A stretch of 64,000 nucleotides of DNA from Halocafeteria seosinensis (lineage: Eukaryota), in assembly GCA_001687465.1 (NCBI GenBank), contig LVLI01000196.1, positions 124,001 through 188,000 on the forward strand. The letters are read 5' to 3'. The position numbers and the translations under genes are program-made. The notes below the pieces were generated by a model. That model ran no database searches, was not told where the DNA came from, and saw nothing but the letters and a program-made list of their open reading frames with translations. Positions 12,716 through 25,378 of this stretch are shown here, one piece after another. Position 1 is the first letter of the stretch, and every line of letters starts with the position of its first letter.

Positions 12716-13703
12716 ATGGTGGTGCATAACAGTGGTAAGTAGGCCCCAAAGCATCTTGTTCTATACATAATCATCATGTTTTCAGTCTTTAGTAATCGTG
12801 TTGTATATCACAAGATTCATTGCTAAGAAAATCTCACCGTCTGTATCGTCTGCAGATTGGCCTGATGTGCTGACAAACATCTCGCCGATAACATTCGGCA
12901 ATCTAGGGGCTTCCTTGTCCCTTGCCCTGTGCATTGTAGGAGCCGCATGGTATGTTTAGGTGATGTCCCACGCACTATAATGTAATGAAATTGTGGATCG
13001 TAAGCAACATGCTTGTATTTGGATGGGATCTTCGTGTTTTGCAGGGGGATTTTTATTACAGGATCGTCAATCTTGGGAGCGGCCGTCAAAGCTCCCAGAA
13101 TACGAGCGAAAAACTTGATCAGGTACGCCCCCCAGAAAGCTACCGTCAAAGGGGGCATCGAAGTCAGATTCACCCGTTCGTTTTGACTTTTACTGATGCA
13201 GTGTTATCTTTTGTGAGGCCACTGCTATTTATGGGATTATTCTAGCAATCATTTTGTCTAGCAAGGTAAGGAACCGTATTGCAGTATTGTTTTAACCGCT
13301 ATACCTGCTATACGTATGGTGTACAATCTCGGTTGCCAGATCGTAGTCCCCAGTGGCGCAAGTAATGGAATGTTTCCGGAGGGTTTCAATTTCACTCGTT
13401 TCCATTTCGCTGGCTACGCCGCTTTCGCTTCGGGTCTGTCCGTCGGATTATCTAACCTGTTCAGTGGGTATGTAATCTATCTCGTTCTGCATTAAATGGT
13501 ATCTGATCATGCATATCAATGTTGCATCTGTTTTCAGTATCGCTATTGGAGTGGCTGGTAGCAGTGCGGCTATTTCGGATGCCCAAAACCCTTCACTATT
13601 CGTCAAGATACTGATCATTGAAATCTTTGGCTCTGCATTGGGTGTTTTCGGGGTAATTATTGCCATTATCATTTCATCAAAGGCTGACTTCCCAAGCTCG
13701 TAA
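12716..13703 (+). CDS. VMA16: V-ATPase V0 proteolipid subunit c'' (ATP6V0B/Vma16), 6 exons
   Basis: [63 protein letters not shown]. Confidence 0.95.
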
Positions 13704-13798
13704 GGCTGAATCCTCCCTACAATATCTGACTACGTAGCTGCTTCAATCCACAAGTACGCCCTCAATTCCATTTTAGCGGGCTATAAATCTTGAGTTTT

Positions 13799-15335
13799 TT
13801 ACGGCTTCGCTTTATGATTTCTCGGGAGAATTATCCTGCTAATTGATTCGACTTGCCAATCCTCTCTTGTTCTTGATCGGGAGGTTCCCTCGGGGCGGGT
13901 GTATCCTGCAGCAGGAAAGTCAATCGCGGCCTTGAAGATTGAATGGCCTTCAGCGGCACAGGGAATATATAAGGCTTGAGTCTCCTTCGATAGACACACG
14001 CATATACTGTTTAAAACGCCCTCAGCTGGTGGTAGCTCCGTCCATAGACCCTCTACAGAATGTTTTACCGCAGCAAAGCATTCCATCGCTCTACAGACCT
14101 CCAAGTCGCCATTGTTATTCAGTATATGCGGTGGAACTGCTGAGCCGAGCTCAAAGTGCTCAGTTAGTGCCACTATTTGGTCAATATATTCTCCTATTAC
14201 CTCCATCGGATACATCGTCGATCGGACACAGTGACTTAAACAGCGGTACGTTGCACTGCGATTTTCTTGCTCAGCAATATCGGCATTTAGTGAAACCAAT
14301 ATATTCATTCCTTTTCCCAACAACGGATGTTGTTGTTTTGTACGGGGCCTACTTCTCTGATTGTTATACGCAACACTAGATGAGTTCCCTTGCTTTAAGC
14401 TCGGTATCCGAAGGATGTGCCGAAGGATTCCCATAAAGAAACACCATTGCCGTTTGTATTCCAAGTCATCGATTTCCAGATTCCGGTTATTGTTCCTGTC
14501 AGAATCGTCGAAGTTGCTTCCTAGTGTTAATTATTTCCCAATATCCATGAAAACGTACCTAGATAATAGCACATGCACATCATGGAACAGAACCACATCG
14601 GGATAGTTGAAATCATCAGGATACCGGTGCATGTGAGATGCATAATCGACAACTTCTTGCAAGGAGCTAACATATCTGCAGTTAAAAAGAGATAGTTACG
14701 TCACGTGAAGAATGCATCGACACTTGGGCTTTGACTCACCGCAATTGAATCCTTTCTAAAATCCGAGGACATTGCAGGTACTCATTGACTTCGATCTCGG
14801 TGGAGTTCTTCTTGTTTAGATACGGAATCGGAATTTCTAAGGGGGTGGTTTGAGTGTGAGATGCATCTCTCAAATATTGAATGTCTTCGGATCCTTCGTA
14901 TGTCGTACCCATGCGCCTATCAGGGACAAGAATCACACAGATTCCTCCAGCAGCCGCCACTTGCCAACAATACGCAAACACACTCCCCCATCTCACGCTG
15001 CATTCGTGTCGTGAACAAGTCACCCAATATGCACAGAGAGTCAGGGTCAAGGTAGACAACAAGAATGATGCTTCGTACCTATCATCAGGGCAAGTCCATA
15101 GAGTTATGCAGCCTTCACAAGCTGTTGTGGTATTGTTGTACGAATCATTTTCTCCTTCCTCCTCGCCATCCCCCGGCGCAGCAGCGCTGCTTTGAGTATC
15201 AAAACCATTTTCGGCTTCTCGGGAACGCTTTCGGCCGCTCCTAGAGGAACTAGAGCTACCAAAATGACCATTGTTGTCCTCGGGGGACTTCCCGAGGAAT
15301 CGAGCTAATGAAGACCTCCATGTGCTGCCATCCAT
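13799..15335 (-). CDS. Multi-exon protein, possibly a SWSAP1-like RecA-fold paralog
   Basis: Spliced SVFAYCWQVAAAGGICVILVP..LERIQLRYVSSLQEVVDYASHMH..PDVVLFHDV resembles SWSAP1 LQKIRFQY..PSLLLLDGL; no Walker A seen; exon structure approximate. Confidence 0.45.
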
Positions 15336-16000
15336 TTCATTCAACCATTCGCAACGCTAGACACAGTTAAGAAAACAGTGTGTATAGGATGCTATGTGCG
15401 ATAAGAACGACCTAACTGTATGAGAGCAACAATACTCGTAAATCCACTTGTACTGTATTCAAATTGACGTCGGGTGGTTCAAACAGTACTCCAAGTAGCT
15501 GTACTCGGTACTGTAAGAGACATGTGGCAGCACGTCTGCAGCGATTTGCTTAATCACCAAACGAGTTTTCTATCGAAAGCCGTGATACAGTTGTACAATT
15601 GTACATTATACAATTTTTGAAAAAGAGCACGAGTTTAAAGCATTGAAAACACACAGCACGGACAACAATATCAAAATTACCCAGTATACGCCCACTAGCC
15701 CACAACACCTCGTGTCCACTCACGGATAGTTCAGGTCTACACAGTGTAAACATCACTTGGACCATTTGTTGGTACATGGGAGGGGGGTGGTATCATTCCT
15801 GAGTCCCCACCACTTTACAGCTGTTACAACAGGCCATCTTGCACCACGCAGTATCTCCAGTGCAACATGTATTTGCACATTGCGCTATTCACATGAAACA
15901 GGCAGATAGAGCCGAATCCCATCAACACTATCGGTCCTTGTAGCCTTCCTATGGGCCCGGAGCTCATACTTCAATGTGTGCGGTGTGGTCTCGACTTTTT

Positions 16001-16021
16001 GCGCGCCAAAAATTTGGCGCG
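16001..16021. promoter_or_regulatory. Inverted pair of E2F-consensus sites upstream of CDT1
   Basis: GCGCGCCAAA-AA-TTTGGCGCG gives TTTGGCGC (TTTSSCGC consensus) on both strands, ~80 nt before the CDT1 ATG. Confidence 0.65.
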
Positions 16022-16097
16022 TTCCCCACTCTGCACAACCCTCTAGGGAGGTATCTTTGTATGATAACATTGTAGGCAGACTACAGATGATGAAAAA

Positions 16098-17746
16098 ATG
16101 AGTTCCAGTAAGAGGATGCAGTCTATCGACAGGCTCTTCCCTTCGAGGAAGTCCCCAAGAGTAAGTGTTTGACGAATAATAGCCGGATTTAGCGTGTGCG
16201 ATGGTGATCTGTTGGGTTGCTGCATTGGTCACTGCAGGCTAGGCGTAATCTCTTTCGCACCAAAAATGAACCTACTGAGCACGCATCAAGTGGGAGTAAA
16301 CCAGAGGCTCCCCCATCCAGTCCAGTTCCCGGTACTAGATGGAATACGGAAGCGAAGAGCCAAAAGAAGATCAGAGAAGAGGCTATCGCCGAGAAGCGAA
16401 GGAACCGTGAAAGTTTCCGAACAGACTCAGGGCTCCAGACAGCAGACGTGAATGAACGTTTTGGAGAATTCGAGACACTTGCGTCTCACTTAGCGCCTTC
16501 TCCCGTCTCGGAAGGTGAGGGACCAACTGACCGAATAAAAAGGAAACACGAAGACGCTTTCCAAGGTAAAAGAGACATCCTCGAAAGTGCGTCCAATAAT
16601 GAGGAAGAAGGCTTCCCACATCGGCCAGTTGCCCGTCGTTATGCCGTATCTAGCTCGGCAACGACTTGCAGTAGCACACACCAATATAGAGACCAGCCTT
16701 TACCAACGGGATTGCAGTTACCACGCTCCCACGAGCGCTTACTCAAGGTCGTCGATGCCCTCGACAGAGCGTTTTCCTTCCGTCCTGGTACTCGATCAGC
16801 CAACGAAATAAGCCGATCAATCAACATACAAGTTAGCGATAAGAATTTTGAGGTGGACCATTTACGCCAAATTATGGGTGTCTTTCCAGGCTTGTACAAC
16901 GTTTTCTACCGGAAGAATGAGTTGATGGTGCAACCTACGGAGGAGGTAAAAAACGGTACTATAATGAAAGAAAGAAGAAATAGATTTCACAAGGCTCTGC
17001 TTCATAATGTGGCCCGGAAGCACATAGAGTTCGTGCGGTCCCGACCGCACCAAGCCATAACAGGAGGAGCAGAAGCAGAAACGTTAGACGAACTCTTACC
17101 TGCAGATGGCCGTTGGCATCCGGAGTTTGCTTTAGAAAAAGTTGATTTTCCAGATTATCAGTTTGCCGCAGAGGAATCATATTCTTACTCAAGCATCGCC
17201 ACACCTCGAGCGACGCCCAGGCCAAGGGAATCCGAAGATCCTAGTCACTCTTCTTCTGCTACAACCTCTCCGGAGGCTTCCTCGCAAGAAACTCATACTT
17301 ACAGACATACAGATCCAGGGCCTTCTAGGACGCGCCGCTCCTTATATAGTCCATGGAAGCAGTTAGCTTCAAAGACTCCCAGCACTAAGCAAAGGAAAGC
17401 TAAACAAGAGTTTCAAAAGAAGTCGGGTTTAGAAGTTGAGAAAGAAGAATTGAAAGGATTATTGTGGTATTTGACCTCTGGACTGTCTAGCAACGGAAAG
17501 TTTGTGGGGCAATTGATCTCCGATGTAAAAAGAGAAGCCACAAGGACAGCATTACGTGAGAAAAACGACGATACTCTGCTGCGTATGATAGGTGAACTGG
17601 AATCGCTGGGGTGCATAACGTCAACAAAACTCTCTACAAGACAGGATAAACTCATAAAGCTGAATACAGGTGGAGGTGGTGCAAGTTTTGATATGAATGG
17701 GATGCTGGAGCGAATCGATAACGAGTATGCCGCCAGGAAGAAGTAA
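16098..17746 (+). CDS. CDT1: DNA replication licensing factor Cdt1; exon 1 16098-16160, exon 2 16238-17746
   Basis: LPRSHERLLKVVDALD..HLRQIMGVFP..ERRNRFHKALL..RWHPEFALEKV is the CDT1 domain; N-terminal PIP-like motif and ARRNLF Cy motif. Confidence 0.85.
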
Positions 17747-18290
17747 TGGAAACACCTTGAATCTACAATATACTGCAATAGACAGTGTTCATGAACATTC
17801 TCTTCTCACAATGTAGAGTTCTGGAAGGGATCATTGTGTGTTTGGACTCTCACAACTTCCATGTTTCTGTGGAAAATTTCGAGTTGCAGGACCTTCGAGG
17901 CAGTGTGAGTCGCGTTTCCACACACAACTGGGTACATGAAAGCACTCAAAATGCAACCCGCCGTTGGGTAACGTAGCCACTACATATACCAATAAAAGAA
18001 TTCACTAGCTACTATTTACTACAGTTGCAAACGCGCCACCATACTAGCTAGACTAAACTTCCGATCCCTTCGCGAACCTGGCCACTGAGTTGCGATGAAT
18101 ATTTCATGAATTGAATTCATCGTAGCTGTCAATCTTTTCGTGGACTTGTATGTACCTGGCGTGACGGTCATCGATTCGTCAGGTTTGGATGAGTGTTGAT
18201 TGGCATTGGCATGGGATACAGTAGCAAGTAACGTGCTGAGTAGGTGTTCGCTCTTGTTTTACCCAATACGGTAGATAAATCTCCGTCATC

Positions 18291-19311
18291 ATGCTCAGAA
18301 CTCTATCACAAAGAGTGGTCTCTGCCGCTTCGGCGTCATTTAGACGGAGGCCGACGCTAACAGTGAATGCTTCCAGAAGAGGTACGATTCTCCTTCGGAT
18401 TTCCGTATTGTATATGGCACGCGGCAACTGCATCGAACTCTGTCAATGGCTGTGAAATCCTTAGTGTTGGAGAAAAAATACCCATGCGTGGGTCGCCCTG
18501 TGATTTTCCCTGTGGAGGGTCCCCAGGGTAAGGGAAGGCAAGGGGAACAGAATCGGGTGGCATAATACGATCTGGAATCAAAGGTTATATGACCTTGTAT
18601 ATCAGTTTTACCTGAATTTTTGTGCTCCCGATAGGGGAGACTTGTATGCGAACGTGTCCCATGCATTGCACCGTGTGGATCTGTCTGTGTATGTAATGCG
18701 CAGCCTTTGCCTCCAAAACCGAATACCCACCTGATGAAGGTCACATCCATGGGTAAGTCCATACGTGGTTCATGCATGCTGATAACGGCAATACCGAATT
18801 AAGCATATGGATTGTTCCCTCAATTGTTCGCAGAGAGCGTGAAGGGTTAACGGGTATTGCTCGTAAGGAGGAAGTAGTCCACCAAACTATGGGCGAAGAT
18901 GTGGATATTTTTGATAGAGATGCTACGGCATTTGAAGAGGAGGGAACCAAGGACAATCCTATCGTCATCTTGAGCAACGAGCGTTCCAGAATAGTTGGGA
19001 TATCGCTTCCGGTAAGCTTCAGCTTGAAAGCTTTAGCGGCATTGCAGCTCGGGGACCAGAGGCCTTTACAACTATTTGCAGGATGATGCATTTTGCCGTT
19101 ACTTTGTATTAGAGGAAGGGAAAATTATGCATGACCCTGTCACGAACAACTACTTAGTAGGTCAACTATGTCCGTGTCATCGTTTCGTCTAAGATGTGGT
19201 TCACCGCCTCGGCTTGCCTTTCAGGTTCTGCGGAAGGTCGACGACGCTGCTGTTGACCAACAGATAGAGAGCGTGGATAAAGAACTCGGAGAACCAAAGG
19301 CAGGAGAGTAA
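18291..19311 (+). CDS. COX5B: Cytochrome c oxidase subunit 5b with mitochondrial presequence; 5 exons, first intron 322 nt
   Basis: MLRTLSQRVVSAASASFRRRP presequence; TGIARKE..DIFD..GTKDNPIVILSNERSRIVG core. Confidence 0.75.
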
Positions 19312-19531
19312 ACTACAGTATTCACGGTCAATGTTTCGAACTTGTTTTCTATGTCTGTGTAGGGGGAAATTCGCTTTTTGTGCTTATGTATTTGTACATT
19401 AGCTATTGACCAAAAAGCGACAGAAGGCAATTTGTTTACTGGTTATCTTTTAGCATTGATGCGACGCCAGAATCCTAATCATACAATACACAATCAGCAG
19501 GACACTCATTGGTTTTGTCCCTCCGTAGACT

Positions 19532-20945
19532 TCAATCTCTACTCCGTCTGTGGGATCTGCTATGTCTAGATCGGCGGCTACGGCTACCGCTGCGACTTCG
19601 ACGTCTACGCTTTTCACGGTCATCATCTCTACTACGACGGGAAGATCCCTCATCTCTGCTGCGTCGTGGGGGAGAATGTTCTCTGTCTCTTTTTCCTCTT
19701 CTGCTATCCCGTCTATCGTCACGACTGTCGTCATAGCGCCTGCGATCAGAACCGTTCGCATCACCGCGATCGTCTTCCCTTCCTCCACCATCTCGATCGG
19801 GAGATCTTCTGAATTTTGGCTTTGGTAAAATACCCTTATCAGGATCATACCCTTCGTTTATAAGCTTTTCACGCAACTCTTTTAGCTTTGAACGGATCTT
19901 CAAGAAGCCGAGATGAATTTTACCGGCAAAGTGCTCAGCCAGTCTTTCATCGCTGTCCCTACTGCTCAAGTAAGCCGCACAAACTTCACAGACTCGGAGC
20001 ATTTGTTTATTTCCTTGAAATTCAGGAGGAACAGCGTAATCTCGCATCAATTGAGCCTGTGGTACCATAGACACGCTAAAATACCGGTGGATGCTGTCGT
20101 TCAAACGGTGCTCTACGTACCTGTGTCTCGGCTTTCTGTTTTTTCAGCTCTTCTGCTTCGTCCATTAGCTGCATACTTTCGTCTACGTTTCCTTCCTCTC
20201 CTGCAACAAGCAGAATAAATTTTGAATCGTCAGGAAATCGGTGCTACCCGGGCAGGGACGTACCCGCTTTCTCTGACTGCTGCACTTTCTCCTCAATTTT
20301 TCGTGTCAACTCCATCATTTCCGGTTTACTCTCTAAATCCATTTGTTGTGCTGTACCTTCTCCCGTGTCCTCTAACCTTCTCTTTCCATTCTGGAATCGA
20401 AGAAACGACGCCAGCATCGGTGCAGCAAGCAATTACACAACACACCCCAGGACTCTTGTACTCACCTCAATTTTCTTATCGAGCCGACGCATAAGTTTTT
20501 CCAATTCTTTCATTAACAAAGGTTCGTACCCAAAAGACTCAGTCTTTGAGGCCTCTTCGTATCTGCGTACAAGAGCAAGAGCAATAAAGTGCTTTGCTGT
20601 TCAAGGATACCCTCAAATGCCTGGGACAACACATACTTTCGCTTCAATTGCTCTGCTTGTGCATCATTGCACACCTTATACGGACAGTCTCCAAGATCTG
20701 ACTTGGTGTTTTTGAACATTGTATAAGGACATAAGCCCAGGAGATAGAACTTGCACACCCGAGGGTCCGTAAAGTCCTGCACCACGCATACATTCATGCA
20801 TCAAAATCGGAGACCCTACAGTGCAGATAGCTCAAATACATACATCAACGACGCTATCATGCTTATCTTCATTTCGATTGGGCCCCATAAGCTCATCGAG
20901 AAGCTCTTGTTGGGTCTCCAAGGAGAAGGTCTTTTCATTCGGCAT
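19532..20945 (-). CDS. LUC7: U1 snRNP protein Luc7-like with RS/RD tail, multi-exon
   Basis: LLDELMGPNRN, DPRVCKFYLLGLCP..KSDLGDC, LRVCEVCAAYLS..RLAEHFAGKIHLGF. Confidence 0.95.
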
Positions 20946-21213
20946 TGTCCTCGTTTCTCTTGCCAATCAATGAAAACACACCACCACAACAACAAGAATA
21001 GTAGATGAATGAAATTATAATTCAAGTGTATCAATATGGAGCTGAAGGCATGCATGCGAACGGCATTAACAACCCTTGAACATCTTCATGCAACCCTTGC
21101 ATTGCCCATTGTAGTTACCATTGATTGTACAATGTACGCGATGAACTAGGGTTGATTTGATATAAAGAGTGGTCCTAGCACATGCATCTATATACATAGA
21201 GAAAGGTTTAAAA

Positions 21214-23877
21214 ATGATGAAGCGTAGAAATATTCGTAATAAGAAGAAAAAGAAGCAACAACGAGTGGGAATTGGACTGGAGAGCGATGAGGAGGAGGAA
21301 GAGGAGCAAAAAGACCATATTCAGCAACCACACCAAGGGGCCACGAGTAGCACAGTGCCGTCGGGGAATGGAAGAGACGCGGGAGACAATGAACTGGGGG
21401 TGGAGCAATCGCAGCCACCTCCATTTGCACCCGAACAAAGGAGGGAAGAAGCAACACCGTCACTTGCAGATGTTGTTAAGAATACAACAAAACAGAAGCG
21501 TAAACAAAGCGAAGGCCAGAGTTCTGCGGTGGGCATGAAACGGAAGAAAGGAGTATCGCCGAAACCACTAGGTGCAAGTTTAAGCTTTGCCGCCACAGAA
21601 GAAGTGGAGAATGAGGATGACGAATTTGTGTCGACACCGTTCTCAGACAGCACGAAATCCAAAAGGTATGTTGGTATTTTTAGCGCACAATAAATATGGA
21701 AGGAAACCCTCTTCACTTATCTGTTTGTTTGATACAGAAAAAAGAAGAAGCTAGGTAAGGATGGTTGGCTAAAACCGGGGGCGGTGAAGACTGCACCGGA
21801 AGATGTGGCAACAAGAACATTGTCAGATAGCAATGTAAAAGCAAAATCAGCGTACTACGGAGATTCTGGTCCCTCCTACTCAGCAGAGGAACTTGAGTCC
21901 CTCAAAGCCTCACAGAAAACTGTGCGCAACACAACTCAACACAGCAAAAACGGGCAACAAGAGACAGCTCAGCAGCTAAACACTGCATCCCAAGGATTGA
22001 AGGAAGCTGGGAAAGAAACGCCGGGGGATACTATCAATGGCTCCGTTTCTCAAAATTCTTCTACGACTGCCCAAATTGAGACTCCAGGTCGCCACTACGA
22101 TGAACCGCAAGAAGATATAGCAGCGTGGGAAGAAGAACAGATCCGGCGTGGACGAGGGATATCATCCAATTCAAATAAATCACTTGATAAGACCAAATAC
22201 GAAAACAGTGATTCAACGGGAAGTAATAGTTTGCACCGCATCATATCAAGGTTAAAGCAATTCTCTTTGAGATCTAAGGAGAACGTCAGTCAATTTCGCC
22301 GAGAATTAAACCAGATGAAATCACAAAAAGATGACGTTCAGAAGAAGCTTGAGGGCTCCCGCCTGAAAGTCGAGTCTCAGCGTAAATTGTACGATGCAAC
22401 GCAGGACTTCTTGAACTATGTAAAGAACCTTTGCGAGCTTATAAACGAAAAAGAGCCAATGATTAGTGACTTAGAACGCGGTCTGGAAGCATCTGAGCGG
22501 GGAGTGAAAACTGAGTATGCCTCGCACCTACATGCTGTTGCTGCAGCACTGTGCAGGGATAAGAGGCTAATGGGGAGTTGGGGGGAAGAGTTTAATACTT
22601 CATCTGATGGGAATGTCCAGACTACACAACATAGCGTTGTAGGAGGCACTTGGAGTGAAAATGACTTCGACGCAGATCGTGTGGATGTGTTTAGGATGAA
22701 TCTTCAAGAATCTAGTTTCCTATCAGACTTTTGCGGATTATTCTCAGAGGAAAGGATTATGGAATCTGTTCACTCCTTTTTCTTATCAACGTCATCAATT
22801 GAGCAGTTTCCCGGTGTTAATGAGGTGCGCAACGCCAAATTGAGCAAACTCATTCAGGCGCGAGATATGATACTCCAAGATGTAACAGAAAAGTACAGCA
22901 AATCCACAGAAATTCTGAATGCTTTTGACGGATGGCGACGGGATTTTCAGCAGCATTACTGTAGCATGTACACGAGTTTAAGCTTACCGTCGTTGTTGGC
23001 CCCGTTCGCGCGGATAGACATGGCGGTGTGGATCCCATTTGCAAGTAACGAACAGGTTCCGGAAGAGATTCCGACGAATACAGACATTGAGGCATTTCCG
23101 TGGGTATCAGCTGTGCAGCGTTTTTGCGAACAAGATTCCGCTATAGATGAAGATAAAGCCATTATGGAAAAAGTATTCGCTCTCGCTGCAATTCCTCGAA
23201 TAGAGTCACTGATACAACATTCTTACAACCCTCATTCCACCCAGGAAACGGAAGTAGTGAAGGGAATTCTACAACAAGCTATGCGCCTAGCTCCACAAGA
23301 CGAAACGAAGCGTCGATTATGCGATGCTCTTAGAGATTTACTCGAGAAGAGCGCGGAGGAGAGAAGCGCACCTATCATTATCAACGAAGGCGGTGAGATA
23401 TCGAACGGGAGCATATATTGTGTCGTAGGTCTCCTCCGCCTCCTGTACAACTCGGTTAAGGTCTTGGATGTCATCCACTCGGAGACACTGGAGGAAACAG
23501 TTATCGAAAGAATCTTAGGGGACGTATGCCTTCCAGCGATTCAAACCATAGGAGAAATAACGGTCTCATACAAAGTATCATCGGGAAGTTCTGGGAATGA
23601 CGCTGTGTCGGTGGCAAATGTAGTGAAATATTGTCAATTGGTGTCCCTTTTAGTGTGTAGTATACCTGAAACGTGGATCGACAAAGCCTTAGATCAGTCA
23701 AGCAGTATATCAGCTATTTTAGATGTACTGCAAGATTCTATACAGGACGTCCTAACGAAGCAGAACAAAAATCTGTCCGGGTCGCAATATCTGAAGCCGT
23801 GTTTTCTCCTGTTGCGGCGCTGGGATAAGATATTGCGTCCGCAACTAAAGGCATGTCTTCAGGAAGTATTCACATAG
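21214..23877 (+). CDS. PAXBP1: PAXBP1/GCFC2 (GC-rich sequence DNA-binding factor; splicing-associated), 2 exons
   Basis: WEEEQIRRG, YVKNLCELINEK, DVTEKY..FDGWRRDF..Y.SLSLPSLLAPFARID..WIPF. Confidence 0.85.
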
Positions 23878-23912
23878 GTGGTAAAAATATCACGCATTAA
23901 TGTCACTTTCGC

Positions 23913-24493
<581 letters not shown>

Positions 24494-25298
24494 TCCCTAT
24501 GCGCAGCTTAGAGAGCCTCTTCGTGTACGATGTGGACAAGTCGGTCGGGGGGTTGACTAGAGGTGAAGAGCCAATCCAGAGCGACTTCCTAAACTGCACT
24601 CCGACAGCCAACTGGGCAAGATATTCTGGGCTACACAGCTACGTGGGGCCTGCCTATATTAAGAGCGTAGCAGTAAACAAGGGCCGCGAAGTCCAAGAGG
24701 GATCGAGCGCGCGCGTTTTCTTGAACCGGATACCAGAGGCTCTGTCGTATGTATGAACGACCTAATAATCCCAGGAAGTATATCATAGATGTACGTTGTA
24801 CCATTCTTGACAATCAACACAAATTGAATCTCGGTGAATACGCTATCACAGTGACTAGGGAGCAAAAGGGTCCAACCGTAATCGGGCGCTGGCGCAGACG
24901 ATCTACAACGAGCGACACACGGCTGGGGCGACGACATATTGTATTCTGGAGTGTGTGACAAATTGAATACACACTGTGCTACGATTTGTTGCCATGTCAT
25001 CGGATCAACGGTATGATACGCTTGCTATACCTTTCCAAGAAGCAAACAGTGCTGCTAAACCTCGAAACTTCCGCAAGCGAAGATCTGGGGCTATATGCTT
25101 CGGCATACAAACAAGCCGGAAGGAAGAGTTTACGCCGTGTCGAACTATTGGAAGTGAAACTATGCTAAGATAAACGACAGTCAAGGATGGGGCTCCATCA
25201 CGTATGATCACGGGAGTCTGGGACAGTTAGTACTATGTACTCCGTTGCTCTCAGATTTGGAGCCGGGATCGTCCGTTGTACCATAACACCGTGTATTC

Positions 25299-25328
25299 AG
25301 GCGTATTGTTCCAAGGCGTATTGTTCCA
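25299..25328. repeat. Tandem duplication, 2 x 15 bp AGGCGTATTGTTCCA
   Basis: Exact adjacent copies read directly from the sequence. Confidence 0.9.
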
Positions 25329-25378
25329 GGTTGTGCGTAGACAATAGACCCGGAATCCTACTGCTACCGTAATATCGT

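Noticed and set aside
17790..17836. ATGA..AA..GA SECIS-like pattern and AGGGATCATT U3 box A-like string
   Set aside because: SECIS helix II does not pair and CDT1 has no in-frame TGA; other U3 boxes are missing.
18066..18082. CCCTTCGCGAACCTG resembling a TPP riboswitch core
   Set aside because: The conserved CUGAGA and AGGGA segments are absent, and neighbouring genes are not thiamine-related.
24499..25230. Short ORFs directly upstream of CENH3 (ATG only 5 nt from the CENH3 ATG)
   Set aside because: No recognisable family, no convincing splice model and no room for a promoter; left unannotated.
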